Of a stretch of 64,000 nt of DNA, positions 20,466 to 30,455 are shown in pieces; position 1 is the first letter of the stretch; each line of letters starts with the position of its first letter. This DNA comes from a virus. The translations under genes were made by a program, and so were the position numbers. The DNA lies in IMG/VR virus record IMGVR_UViG_3300050821_002963, positions 67,525-131,524 of that record. One strand, 5' to 3'. The notes beneath the pieces were generated by a model that was given only the letters and a program-made list of their open reading frames with translations, did no database searches and was not told the origin of the DNA.

Positions 20466-20717
20466 ATGGGAATTTTTATCAGTTTTTTGCTACTGCTTTT
20501 GAACTTGGTTATCATCGGTGTTTTGTATTGGGGTATAACTGAAATTCTAGCAGTCATACCTTTTATTCCACAGCCAATCAAAAATGTACTGCTTACGATT
20601 CTTAAAGTGATTGTGGTTATCATCGCCGTAATCTGGGTAGCTAATTGGGTGATGGTAGTGCTGGCTAACGGAGCGGGCTTCGGTGTGCCAGTATTTATTC
20701 CGTACCATAGGCATTGA
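20466..20717 (+). CDS. Small two-helix membrane protein
   Basis: AAGGAG RBS; two long hydrophobic segments. Confidence 0.65.
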   Translation: MGIFISFLLLLLNLVIIGVLYWGITEILAVIPFIPQPIKNVLLTILKVIVVIIAVIWVANWVMVVLANGAGFGVPVFIPYHRH

Positions 20718-20995
20718 GAACCAAGGATGTGAAAATGATTAGAGGAGAACGAAGAGAAACACTACGGACCACGGATAGGAGGACAGTGGTCCGTACTCCA
20801 GGCAAGTTGAAAAAGATTTTGGATATTACGTATGCGACTATAAGGAGACAGAACGATGAGAGACGAGAAGGCGATAGTGGAAAAGAAAGAAGAGATTCTT
20901 GAGCTGGTTAGAAAAATGGGGACGGAAGAGGATGGGCACGATTACGTACAATCAGTAGCTATGGCTGGCGCAGAATTAGTGGAATTGGAGAAGCA

Positions 20996-21928
20996 ATGAA
21001 GGTTGGACTGATATCGAATTGGGATGTGCAGTGTGGCAATGCTGAGTATGGACGGGCTCTTTGTCATGAGCTGAGGAAAGAGTTTGAGGTAGTGGAACTG
21101 CCACCTGATACCGGTCTGGCGCGGAAAGAAATTTCCCTCGACAAGGATATACGGTTGGTTATAATTAACTGGCACGGTGGAAGGGTCCAAGTCAGAAAAG
21201 AAGATACAGGGCAGATGCAGGATAAGGGTGTGAAAGTTATCGTCATTGACCAGAATTGTACTGGAGGTGCTGGGGCAGTGGGTTTTGGTGCGGATGGTTA
21301 CGTGGCACATGAGCCGGCAAAAAATATAAGGTACAGTTTCATTCCGCACGGGATTCCAGAAGTGGAGACAAGCAAGGTCTTGTCCAAAGTGGCAATGGTT
21401 GGTACGGCCGGGTTTCCTTTTCCATGGAAGCGATACGATGTGGTGGCGGAGGTAGCAAAGAAGTTCAACATAATGGCTTTGATGATTGCTCCGAAGTCGG
21501 ATCAGATGAACACGGATGTGTTTATGGATGGCATCAAAGGTCACATTCCTGGTTTGGCTTTGATTCACAGGGAGTGGTTACCGACTGCGGAAGTAGTAAG
21601 AATGCTTTCGGAATGTGTCTTGAACATCTTTTGGTTCCAGTCTATGGACTCATCGGATGAGTTGGGACAGTCGGGTTCGGTACGGTTGGGCATAGCAGCG
21701 AAGAGGCCAACGATTATCTCGACCCACAGGAAGTTGAAGACACTGTGGAAGTACGACGATGAGTTGTACATCTGTCCAAAGGAAGAGGATGTGTACAAGG
21801 CGGTAGAAGAAATTCTCTTGGCACCACATCTGGCTAAGATACCAGACAAGATTTTGAAAGAGCAGGGTTGGTCGGTGACAGGGAAGCAGTACAGAGAATT
21901 GGTAAAGGAGTTGGATTGCAATTCTTAA
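20996..21928 (+). CDS. GT-B (GT4-like) glycosyltransferase, paralog of 16930
   Basis: 'SNWDVQCGNAEY', IPHGIP, FPWKR, 'SGSVRLGIAAKRPTII'. Confidence 0.75.
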   Translation: MKVGLISNWDVQCGNAEYGRALCHELRKEFEVVELPPDTGLARKEISLDKDIRLVIINWHGGRVQVRKEDTGQMQDKGVKVIVIDQNCTGGAGAVGFGADGYVAHEPAKNIRYSFIPHGIPEVETSKVLSKVAMVGTAGFPFPWKRYDVVAEVAKKFNIMALMIAPKSDQMNTDVFMDGIKGHIPGLALIHREWLPTAEVVRMLSECVLNIFWFQSMDSSDELGQSGSVRLGIAAKRPTIISTHRKLKTLWKYDDELYICPKEEDVYKAVEEILLAPHLAKIPDKILKEQGWSVTGKQYRELVKELDCNS

Positions 21929-22650
21929 CAGCCAACACGCCATTCGGTATGTTCAAGTACGTCTCGACAGACGACATTGGACAAAGAATTGCCTCGAACA
22001 AGTTCTGGGATGAGCACCTTCGTTCAGCAATGGATAGGGTGGAGCCTGGAAAAGTTATGGTGGACATCGGGGCTAACTTGGGATTCTTTGTTGTGTACTT
22101 GGCTAGGAAGGGAGTAAAGGTGCATGCCTTCGAGCCGTGCAATGGGGTGTTTGAGATGTTGGCTGACAACGTGGCTCTGAATGGTGTAGAGGATATGGTT
22201 ACTCTACACAAGACAGCTCTTTACTCTAGAGAGACGGACTTGCACAAGAATACGGAGTGTGGTTGGACGTATCCTGCGACAAGTAATGGTGAGTTGGACT
22301 TCGAGCGTATAGTTAACTCCGGCCAGCTGTGTCTAAAACCAGGATTTGGCGGAGTCTACGCTATGCAGGGGAAAACTTTGGATAGCTACAAGTTGGAGGA
22401 CGTAGCGTTAATAAAATCGGATGCACAGGGATGTGACCTACAGGCTTTGAGAGGGGCACGGGAAACAATAGATAGATGCAAGCCGATACTGTGTTTCGAG
22501 TTTGAGAGGATTCCATCTTTGGTGCATGGAGACACAAAAGCTTCTTACGAAGGGTTTGTGGAAGAGATTGGATATAGGATTGAGATGGCTTTCAATCCGG
22601 ACCCATGTAGACATGACGACTACTCGGATTACGTGGCGGTGCCTAAATGA
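21916..22650 (+). CDS. FkbM-family methyltransferase
   Basis: DIGANLG, HAFEP, 'IKSDAQG', 'KPILCFE'; TTG start after AAGGAG. Confidence 0.85.
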   Translation: MQFLTANTPFGMFKYVSTDDIGQRIASNKFWDEHLRSAMDRVEPGKVMVDIGANLGFFVVYLARKGVKVHAFEPCNGVFEMLADNVALNGVEDMVTLHKTALYSRETDLHKNTECGWTYPATSNGELDFERIVNSGQLCLKPGFGGVYAMQGKTLDSYKLEDVALIKSDAQGCDLQALRGARETIDRCKPILCFEFERIPSLVHGDTKASYEGFVEEIGYRIEMAFNPDPCRHDDYSDYVAVPK

Positions 22651-23369
22651 TTTTCTCCAGAACGATGAGGCTGGACGACTACAACTATTTGACAGAGGAA
22701 AGCTTGTTGATGCAGCAGATAGTCAACGCTATCCAGATGTGGTATCCAGCTCAGCATCAGCATAGGAGATGGGAATACGCGCTGGCATTAAAAGCTTTCA
22801 AGCAAGTGTTTGGAGAACAGAAAGGTTTAACGGTTACTGACCACGGATGCGGAGCTGGATTCCTTAGTCCAATGATGTACTGGTTGGGACAGAACGTTTG
22901 GATGTACGAGTGCTGGACGATGGGAAGTGCTGAGCAGTACATGATGGAGCAGATGAGGCGGGTGGGAGTTCACCGTGGGCAGGATGCTGGAACGTATGAG
23001 ATGCGGACTAGGCCATTGGGTGAGTTGGTCGAGGCGGATGGTGGGGTCGACGCGGCCTTTTGCATATCGACACTTGAGCACATTGGAGAGTATCAAAAAG
23101 CTTTTCGGGATTTATTGAACACGGTTAAGCCCGGTGGATTGCTTGGGCTTACGACGGATTTCGCAGAGCACGAGTTGGATGACTATCAATACGCCGGCCT
23201 TAGGGCCGGCAAGATGTTTACTGAGAAAACGTATTTGGAATTGGAAGCTATAGGTGAAGAGAATGGATTTGAACTTTTAGGTGGCGCGGCCGATTGGGGT
23301 TGGTCGGAAGAGAATCGTTTGGTTAATAACTATGGCTTTGCAGCTTTATTCATGGTGAGGCATGAATGA
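22647..23369 (+). CDS. Class I SAM-dependent methyltransferase
   Basis: 'RRWEY', DHGCGAG, 'CISTLEHI', 'VKPGGLL..TTD'. Confidence 0.8.
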   Translation: MIFSRTMRLDDYNYLTEESLLMQQIVNAIQMWYPAQHQHRRWEYALALKAFKQVFGEQKGLTVTDHGCGAGFLSPMMYWLGQNVWMYECWTMGSAEQYMMEQMRRVGVHRGQDAGTYEMRTRPLGELVEADGGVDAAFCISTLEHIGEYQKAFRDLLNTVKPGGLLGLTTDFAEHELDDYQYAGLRAGKMFTEKTYLELEAIGEENGFELLGGAADWGWSEENRLVNNYGFAALFMVRHE

Positions 23370-23869
23370 AAGAACGATGGAAGCCTGTTTTTGGGGGCAT
23401 ATACGCTGTATCGGATAGAGGTAGAGTTAGAAGGGAAGCTCCAGGAATTAATACTTTCCCTGGAAAGATTTTGAGACCTTGCCCAGTTCCAGATTGGTAT
23501 GTAGTTGGCGTGGCTGTGGTTAATGGAAAAAGAATTTCGTACAACGTCCACGTTTTAGTTGCAGAGGCTTTTCTAGGACCTAGACCTAGAGGAAAGCAAG
23601 TGAATCATAAGGATGGAGATAAACACAATAACGTTTGGAAGAACTTGGAGTACAAGACACCTAAGCAAAACCAACAGCATTCTTCTAAGCTAGGATTAAT
23701 AGCGTATGGGGAAAGAAACGGTAACTCCAAGTTGACTGAGAAAAAAGTTGCTGAAATGCGGGAAAAGTTTGCGATAAGTAAGCCTAGTTACGTTCAGTTA
23801 GGTAGACAGTTTGGTGTTACAAAAGAAATGGCAAGTCTGATTATAAGAAGGAAGAATTGGGTTAGATAA
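23366..23869 (+). CDS. NUMOD4-HNH homing endonuclease
   Basis: 'WKPV..Y.VSDRGRVR' (NUMOD4), 'VHVLVAEAF...VNHKDGDKHNN...NLEY' (HNH). Confidence 0.9.
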   Translation: MKERWKPVFGGIYAVSDRGRVRREAPGINTFPGKILRPCPVPDWYVVGVAVVNGKRISYNVHVLVAEAFLGPRPRGKQVNHKDGDKHNNVWKNLEYKTPKQNQQHSSKLGLIAYGERNGNSKLTEKKVAEMREKFAISKPSYVQLGRQFGVTKEMASLIIRRKNWVR

Positions 23870-23912
23870 GAACGAAGGAAAGGAATTCAAATGCGGAACA
23901 GACGGAACAAGA

Positions 23913-24965
23913 ATGAAAACGGCTTTGGTTACAGGAGCATTGGGGCAGGACGGTACTTACCTAACAGAACATCTGTTGGGATTGGGTTACAGAGTAGTTG
24001 GTTTAATCAGGAGAACTCCTTGGTCCAGTAAGCAGGCAGTGAACTGGGCGTTGAAGCAAAGTTGGGCAGACAACGTGGAGTTCGTTTACGGGGATGTGAG
24101 AGACGAAGCTTCGCTCAGAAGTGCCATCAAGAAAGCATGGCCGGACGAGATTTACAATCTAGCGGGACAGGTGTATGTGCCACTTTCTTGGGAACAAGCG
24201 GAACATACGTTCGATGTGAACGTTGGGGGCTTGGCTAGGATTCTGAGAATCGTGGAACAGGTGAAAGCGGATACGAAAGTCTACCAGGCTTCCAGTTCAG
24301 AGATGTATGGGAATCATGCGGGTGAATGTGATGACAAAACAGAGATGTGGCCAGAGTCCCCCTACGGAATCTCGAAATTGGCGGCTCATAGATTGGTTGC
24401 CTTATACCGTAGTCGGGGTTTGTTCTGTGTTGCTGGAATTTTATTTAATCACGAAAGCCCTCGTCGTGGTCACGAAATGGTTACAAGAAAGATTGCTAGG
24501 GCAGTAGCAGAGTGGTCTATGGGTTCGGATGAGATTCTTTCTTTGGGCAATATGGACTCGAGAAGGGATTGGGGCTTCGCTGGAGAATATGTAAAGGCAA
24601 TGCACAAGATGTTGCAGCAGCCGGAAGCGGATGACTACGTGGTCGGTACGGGCGTATCACATTCGGTGCAGGAGTTTCTCAGTACGGCTTGTGAAGTGTT
24701 GGGAGTTGAGAAGCAGTTTGCAAACGAGCATACAAAGATAGATGAGAGATTTGTCAGGAAGCAAGAGATATTCGATATGAGGGCGGACAACAAAAAGATA
24801 AGAGAAAAGCTTGGATGGGAACCTAGAATCTCCTTTCGGCAACTTGTACAATGTATGTGTCAGGCCGAGGTGGATAAGATAAGGAACAGAGAGCAGTTTG
24901 GAGAACTAGAGGAGGCCCAGTCCAATGTCAATGAGCCAGGAGTTGTTCGCGCAGTTAGCGATTGA
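23913..24965 (+). CDS. gmd: GDP-mannose 4,6-dehydratase
   Basis: TGALGQDGTYL, YQASSSEMYG, SPYGISK, FNHESPRRG, RDWG. Confidence 0.9.
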   Translation: MKTALVTGALGQDGTYLTEHLLGLGYRVVGLIRRTPWSSKQAVNWALKQSWADNVEFVYGDVRDEASLRSAIKKAWPDEIYNLAGQVYVPLSWEQAEHTFDVNVGGLARILRIVEQVKADTKVYQASSSEMYGNHAGECDDKTEMWPESPYGISKLAAHRLVALYRSRGLFCVAGILFNHESPRRGHEMVTRKIARAVAEWSMGSDEILSLGNMDSRRDWGFAGEYVKAMHKMLQQPEADDYVVGTGVSHSVQEFLSTACEVLGVEKQFANEHTKIDERFVRKQEIFDMRADNKKIREKLGWEPRISFRQLVQCMCQAEVDKIRNREQFGELEEAQSNVNEPGVVRAVSD

Positions 24966-25458
24966 GTACAGGCCAAAAATTCTTCGTGCGGCATTAAAGA
25001 TGATGCATCATAAAGAAGATGCAGAAGATGTGGTTCAGATGGCTATGCTGCAAGCTTTCAAGCATAAGGATGACTTTAGCTATAGGTCTTCCTTTGGTAC
25101 TTGGTTACATCGCATCATGTTAAATGAGTTGCGGATGTTCTACCGCGCTAGGAAGTGTGGTAGATGGAATGCTTCTCTGGAGAAGCCAATAGATTTGGTA
25201 GAGTACAACAAGTTAGTGGAGGATGAGAACCTTAGACCGGATATCTTATTCGCGAACAAAGCTATCCGGTTGGCTTTCGAAGATGCTTTGGATAGGCTCC
25301 CACCGTCTCAGAAAGATGTGGCTTTGCTAAGATTCGGTTTGGGTATGACATTGAAAGAGATGGCACAGAATCTGAACAAGACGGAAGTGGCTGTGAAGGC
25401 TGCTTTGCACGTTGCAAGAGCCAAGCTAAAAGTACAGTTGGTGGGAGTCGAGACATGA
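24925..25458 (+). CDS. ECF-type RNA polymerase sigma factor
   Basis: 'DAEDVVQ...F.TWLHRI..N' (region 2); 'ALDRLPP...GMTLKEMA...VKAALHVAR' (region 4). Confidence 0.85.
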   Translation: MSMSQELFAQLAIEYRPKILRAALKMMHHKEDAEDVVQMAMLQAFKHKDDFSYRSSFGTWLHRIMLNELRMFYRARKCGRWNASLEKPIDLVEYNKLVEDENLRPDILFANKAIRLAFEDALDRLPPSQKDVALLRFGLGMTLKEMAQNLNKTEVAVKAALHVARAKLKVQLVGVET

Positions 25459-25889
25459 ATATAGAAACTTTAATCAGGAACATGAAGGCTTACGGTACAC
25501 CAGAAGGGGTCAAGTTGGCGTGGGAAAGTAGACCACGAGCTCTGGGTAGGCCTAGACCACAGCTACTTGAGTCCAGGTACCTGTCTTTGGAATTAAGGAA
25601 CTCACCCCTTCCGCACGTGTTTGAGAACTCGGACAAGACGAGTTGGCACTGGTCTTCGGACAAATCTAATCTAGTGGTGGAGACGGTGGAAGAGCCAAAC
25701 ACAGAAGACAGACCAAACGCCTTGGGTATGGAAATCAAAACGACGTACACTATTCCAGTAAGGAATATTACCTATTGGGGGCCGGAGCAGGAGTCTCCGA
25801 TCTACTTAAAAAGAAAAGGCATGGAACCATCCAGCCAATACAAGACGGGATTCATGATGGGGATGAAAGGCAAGAAGAGGGTCAATTGA
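25455..25889 (+). CDS. Hypothetical protein with leader-like N-terminus
   Basis: 'MKAYGTPEGVKLAWESR' resembles 'IYAFGTAEGAVKGWDTR' of 30452. Confidence 0.6.
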   Translation: MNIETLIRNMKAYGTPEGVKLAWESRPRALGRPRPQLLESRYLSLELRNSPLPHVFENSDKTSWHWSSDKSNLVVETVEEPNTEDRPNALGMEIKTTYTIPVRNITYWGPEQESPIYLKRKGMEPSSQYKTGFMMGMKGKKRVN

Positions 25890-26872
25890 ATCTGGCTAAT
25901 GCAATCAAGCTGAAGAGTCTGGACGGAGCGGCGGCCGGAACACAGGCTACGGTCCCAGACTCTCGTTCGGCGGACGACTGGATTAAGAAGTTCCTGGACG
26001 ACAAGAATAAGCGGTTGAATGCTCTGCGCAGAGAATTGAATCATCTTATCGGCCCTGAGAAGGGGGAATGGCACGCAGCGGTCAGAGAAGACAAGAAGTC
26101 AGCCTTTCCTCAGTCTCCTGGAAAAACGGCACAAGGTGGACGGTGGGCTGTAGTATCACCAGAAGATGAAATCATTTCCACTTGGCCCAGCAAAGAAGAA
26201 GCGTATCGAGCCGCGTTTCCCTATTGGCGAGGATTACTTCCCTCAGCAACGGGGCCAACTGGTGGGGCGAGAGTTAAAAGAGTTCGGGATGTGAGGGCTG
26301 GTGGGCCAGGTAGTGGGTGTCAGGGTGAGAACTGTGGAAGACCAAAAACTGTTAGTGAGGTTTTCCCACTAGAGCTCAGCAAGACTCTTATGGATGATGA
26401 TTTGCGTGAGAGGTCTTTCGACGCTCAGTCAAAGTCGTCTGGAATGCGGCAGACGATTGACATTAACAAGTTAGTGGCTACGCAAGATAAGTTGTATCCT
26501 GAGGTGCTTGAGCAATACTATAGGACAGGAGCTATCAAAGATGCTCAGGGCGAGCTTCCAGTTTTGATAAAGGATGGAGAGAAGTACTACATTGAGGATG
26601 GGCATCATCGTATGGTTGCACAGAAGTTGATTGGTTTAAAAAAGGTGCGAGCTTTGGTGTACGATGCTTCACCAAAAGAAGTTCAGGCGGCAGACATCTT
26701 TGAAGACCCTGACCACGGAGACAGAACGAGGGCTAAATTTCTAAAGCACGCGAAACCTAAAGTCGTACAGGATGCGGACCAACTAAGAATGGCGGACAAA
26801 AGGCCCAGCTCACATGGGCAAGGAGCTGCTGGCACGGGTGGTGCGGCAGGACCGAGTGGGGGAGGAACGTAG
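25886..26872 (+). CDS. Multidomain protein: leader, internal GGPGSGC motif, ParB/Srx-like domain
   Basis: TTG start overlapping the upstream TGA (MNLANAIKL); VRAGGPGSGCQGENCGRP; YYIEDGHHR. Confidence 0.7.
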   Translation: MNLANAIKLKSLDGAAAGTQATVPDSRSADDWIKKFLDDKNKRLNALRRELNHLIGPEKGEWHAAVREDKKSAFPQSPGKTAQGGRWAVVSPEDEIISTWPSKEEAYRAAFPYWRGLLPSATGPTGGARVKRVRDVRAGGPGSGCQGENCGRPKTVSEVFPLELSKTLMDDDLRERSFDAQSKSSGMRQTIDINKLVATQDKLYPEVLEQYYRTGAIKDAQGELPVLIKDGEKYYIEDGHHRMVAQKLIGLKKVRALVYDASPKEVQAADIFEDPDHGDRTRAKFLKHAKPKVVQDADQLRMADKRPSSHGQGAAGTGGAAGPSGGGT

Positions 26873-26888
26873 GAGAAAGAAAGGTCCC

Positions 26889-27923
26889 ATGGCTTTGAAC
26901 AAATTTACGCATCACGCGACTTGCAAGTGCACGGAATGTATAGACCATCCTAGTCAGGCGAAGATAGGGATTCACGTACTACCGAACAGGTTGTACGTAG
27001 TAACGATGTTGGAGAATCCGCTTAGATGGAGGAAGAGATACGAAAACTACTGGGCGTTTGAGCAGCATATAGAAAAGTCTGGCGGGATTCTGTACACGGC
27101 GGAAGTAGCTTTTGGTGAAAGGCACTTTGAGATAACAGACCAGGATAATCCCAGACACCTGCAGTTGTATACCGATTCAGATAACTGGAACTATGAGATT
27201 TGGCATAAAGAAAATGTGCTGAACCTTTTGATTAACCGGTTACCAGCCGATGCAAAGTATATAGCCTGGATTGATTCGGATGTGAGATTCGCAAAGCCTG
27301 ATTGGTGTCAGGAGACAATGCATCTGTTGCAGCACTATCAGGTGTTGCAGATGTTTTCGCATACTTTGGATTTGGGTCCAGAAGACGAGCCGGTTGGTAA
27401 TAGCATAGGCTACGTCTATAAGAAGATAACGGACCCGGACTACCCTTCGGACGGGTACTACTATGGAGGCAAGAAAGGGTTGTGGGTTCATCCTGGATTT
27501 GCTTGGGCGGCGAGACGAGATGCGTTGAATCATTTAGGTGGTTTGGTGGATTGGTGCATCCTTGGTTCGGGTGATTGGACAATGGGCGCGGCTCTATTCG
27601 GAGAAGTTGAGAAGTCGCTGAACCCGGGCTATTCGGAGACGTACAAACGGTGGGCGAGGCAATGGCAGGAACGGGCAGAGAAGTACATACGTAGAAACGT
27701 TGGTTACATGCCTGGCTTGGTACACCACAGATGGCACGGGAAGAAGATGAACCGGAATTACGATACGCGTTGGAGACTTCTGATTGAGACTGGCTACGAC
27801 CCAGAACTGGACTTGAAGCGTGACGTTCAGGGATTGTGGCAGTTGACGGACAGGTCGATAGCACTACGGGATGGCATCAGAAGATATGCCAAGCTTCGTA
27901 ATGAAGATGGAACAGAGGTATAG
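26889..27923 (+). CDS. GT-A-like glycosyltransferase
   Basis: 'IWHKENVLN', 'YIAWIDSDVRF' (DxD), 'HPGFAWA', 'H.WHG'. Confidence 0.7.
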   Translation: MALNKFTHHATCKCTECIDHPSQAKIGIHVLPNRLYVVTMLENPLRWRKRYENYWAFEQHIEKSGGILYTAEVAFGERHFEITDQDNPRHLQLYTDSDNWNYEIWHKENVLNLLINRLPADAKYIAWIDSDVRFAKPDWCQETMHLLQHYQVLQMFSHTLDLGPEDEPVGNSIGYVYKKITDPDYPSDGYYYGGKKGLWVHPGFAWAARRDALNHLGGLVDWCILGSGDWTMGAALFGEVEKSLNPGYSETYKRWARQWQERAEKYIRRNVGYMPGLVHHRWHGKKMNRNYDTRWRLLIETGYDPELDLKRDVQGLWQLTDRSIALRDGIRRYAKLRNEDGTEV

Positions 27924-27926
27924 GTT

Positions 27927-28208
27927 ATGATAACAATATTGGAAGCTCAGTTGGATTTTACGACTAGCAGTCTTTCGACAGTGGTTGTGCCGGTAGATTC
28001 GGAGATAGTGGCGGCAAGGTTGCTGCAGAAGGCGGAGGATGAAGTATTCATGCTATGGTTATTGGCCGACGAGACTTCGCCTTTGGTGCACGATAGGAAG
28101 TTTGCTCTACTCATTACAGGACAGCCTCTGCCGGGCAATTTGAAAAAGTACATCGGCACATTCTTAATGGGGACGCAGTACAAGCATGTGGTGGAACTGG
28201 AGATGTGA
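27927..28208 (+). CDS. Hypothetical phage protein
   Basis: 'TGQPLP...YIGTF....HV' motif. Confidence 0.55.
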   Translation: MITILEAQLDFTTSSLSTVVVPVDSEIVAARLLQKAEDEVFMLWLLADETSPLVHDRKFALLITGQPLPGNLKKYIGTFLMGTQYKHVVELEM

Positions 28209-28525
28209 TGGCGACAGAAAAAATAATGATAGCGATTGGCGTTACCTTCGCGATGGCATACGTCGTGTTGGTAATAGCGGTGAACAAAGAAGCACTAAAG
28301 AACGTGGGCGAGTGGTTCAGAATTAGGTAAGAGGTGGGCAATGCCTTTGCATGTAGCTCCAACAATTAGGGAAATGGAACAGTGCCGGGAAGGTCTGGGT
28401 AATATCCAGAATTTGGATTCGACAGCTTATACAGAGACAGTAGCTGCGGAAGGTGTGACGCGGCCTACGCCTCACGTTTCGTGGGGTAATTTCTGGCTGT
28501 TGAATCAGAAGACGACACCAGCGCT

Positions 28526-28768
28526 ATGAAACTCGCGGCAGCAGTAGAGTTGTACGAAAAGACGACAGTGCATTGTTTCATTCGTAAGGAAGGGGACAAG
28601 CACTGCGTGAAAAGCCATAGCGGTAAGAACTTGGGCTGCTATGGCACAGCTGGTGGGGCCAAGAAAAGGCTGAAGCAGGTGGAGTACTTCAAGCACGTCA
28701 AGGCCTCAGAAACCTACTATGGGCCGAATACAGATTTAGGTCCGGCAAAGGGATTAGAGCCTGAATGA
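28526..28768 (+). CDS. Small protein with leader
   Basis: MKLAAAVELY; 'GKNLGCY.T..GAKKRLKQVEYFKH'. Confidence 0.65.
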   Translation: MKLAAAVELYEKTTVHCFIRKEGDKHCVKSHSGKNLGCYGTAGGAKKRLKQVEYFKHVKASETYYGPNTDLGPAKGLEPE

Positions 28769-29154
28769 ACTTGATGGCTTCCATTTCGGTAGGAGTCGGA
28801 CATGAATTGCACCACAATCCGGTCCATCGTTGGACGGTGTGCGTGGATTTTGATGGCGTGCTGTGTGACAGTGCCGGACCTTATCACAGAAATCATTTCG
28901 GGCCACCCATCAAGCAGGGAATGCAGTTGCTCAGATTGCTACAGGCGCGGGGTTGGACGGTGGTCATTCTTACAGCGAGGAAGGAAACAGATTCGGTAGA
29001 GAAGTATCTATCAGCTCAGGGGTTTCCCAATCTACTGGTAACGAACGAGAAGGTACCTGCTCAGGCGTACATAGACGATAGGGCGGTACACGCGCACGAA
29101 GGGTACAAGGCTTTGGACTTGATTAGAGAGTTGGAGCGGAGACCACGTAAGTGA
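28765..29154 (+). CDS. HAD-family phosphatase
   Basis: DFDGVL motif I, 'ILTAR', 'YIDDRA'. Confidence 0.8.
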   Translation: MNLMASISVGVGHELHHNPVHRWTVCVDFDGVLCDSAGPYHRNHFGPPIKQGMQLLRLLQARGWTVVILTARKETDSVEKYLSAQGFPNLLVTNEKVPAQAYIDDRAVHAHEGYKALDLIRELERRPRK

Positions 29155-29882
29155 ATCTAGCAGCTAACATCGAACTCTACGCGAATAGGAGACTTCACAA
29201 GCGCCTAAAGTTTCAGGGTTTGGATATCTCTGTCGAGAACGCGGCGGGGACGACACGTAGAGGTTCGTCACCGCATTGGGGCCCTTGGGAAACTCACATG
29301 AAGTTCGATTACGGATATGTAAAAGGTTCCAAGGGAATGGATGGTGGTGGCGTGGATTGCTTTATTGGTCCGAATGAAAAGGCCAAGATGGCCTACGTGG
29401 TTCACATCTTGAAGCTACCGGACTTTAAGAAGTACGACGAGGACAAGTGCATGCTTGGTTTCAGTTCCAAGAAGGAAGCCAAGGAAGCCTTCATGAAGCA
29501 CTACGATTCAAAGAAATTTTTCGGTGGCATGGATGCTATTCCAATGGAGGCTTTCAAACAGAAGGTTCTGGCTACGGCAAAGAAAGGTCCGCACAAGATA
29601 CAGGCATGGGGTGAGCCTCAGGTGTACGATGGCGGGTACCAGCACATAGCGGACACACAGATAATGTATGGACCGCCTTCACTCAAGAACAGGAAACCAA
29701 TTCCAGTTGACGACCCAATGGAAAAAGACAATAGGTTCTTAGATGTTACGAAGCGGATGGAAAGGGCTACGAAGGCTTTCAGAAACAGATTGACTAGACA
29801 ACACACGGACCAGAATATGAAGCCTTTGAATAGTACTTTGGTCTCAGGGTTTCCGCAGGGAACGATTGGAGGTTTCGGATGA
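29151..29882 (+). CDS. Inorganic pyrophosphatase-like (InPase) domain protein with leader
   Basis: 'GLDISVEN..G..RRG...W..HM..DYGYV.G..G.DG..VDCFIGP...DEDKCMLGF'. Confidence 0.75.
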   Translation: MNLAANIELYANRRLHKRLKFQGLDISVENAAGTTRRGSSPHWGPWETHMKFDYGYVKGSKGMDGGGVDCFIGPNEKAKMAYVVHILKLPDFKKYDEDKCMLGFSSKKEAKEAFMKHYDSKKFFGGMDAIPMEAFKQKVLATAKKGPHKIQAWGEPQVYDGGYQHIADTQIMYGPPSLKNRKPIPVDDPMEKDNRFLDVTKRMERATKAFRNRLTRQHTDQNMKPLNSTLVSGFPQGTIGGFG

Positions 29883-30202
29883 GTTCTAAAGATGAGAAAG
29901 GTCAGAAGGAAAAAGCTAAGGAAGAGACCTTCACCTTTTTGGCTGGGTCACTTGATATCTCTGCGGAAGATATAGATAGAATGTTTGCTGAGGTGGATGC
30001 AACAGTTTGCCCGTCGGGTACACCAAAGTTGGATGCGGACTTTGCTGGGTACATGGAACTGGAAGGTGCAGAGAAAGATGGAGATTGTAAGATAGTCAAC
30101 GTCGAGGGTGGCATAAGTAAAGAGTTGGGATGCTGCAATCTATTTCACAAGATAGCTGGGGCAAAGAAATTCAGTTGTGGCAATTGCAAGTACGAGGATT
30201 GA
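29879..30202 (+). CDS. Cys-rich small protein
   Basis: DCKIV..GGIS..GCCNLF...CGNC. Confidence 0.55.
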   Translation: MSSKDEKGQKEKAKEETFTFLAGSLDISAEDIDRMFAEVDATVCPSGTPKLDADFAGYMELEGAEKDGDCKIVNVEGGISKELGCCNLFHKIAGAKKFSCGNCKYED

Positions 30203-30203
30203 G

Positions 30204-30455
30204 ATGAAGGTTATTATCTGGACAACAGATGAGGACGGTAACAAGGAGAAAGCTGGTACGATCTATCTGAATGATGGGAAGGTTGTCCAGAAGATAGTGC
30301 CTGGAAATGAACGTGTGATGAGGATGGTTTGGTCAGAGCCAGTACTGACATCAGCCGGAGACGAGATAGACAGGGAACAGGATTCCGAGAAGTGGTTGAA
30401 GGCATTGCCTTTGAACTACATGGGACACAGATTGAGTGCGGAGCCGGTTGAATGA
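30204..30455 (+). CDS. Hypothetical protein
   Basis: GAGG RBS; coupled to neighbours. Confidence 0.5.
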   Translation: MKVIIWTTDEDGNKEKAGTIYLNDGKVVQKIVPGNERVMRMVWSEPVLTSAGDEIDREQDSEKWLKALPLNYMGHRLSAEPVE

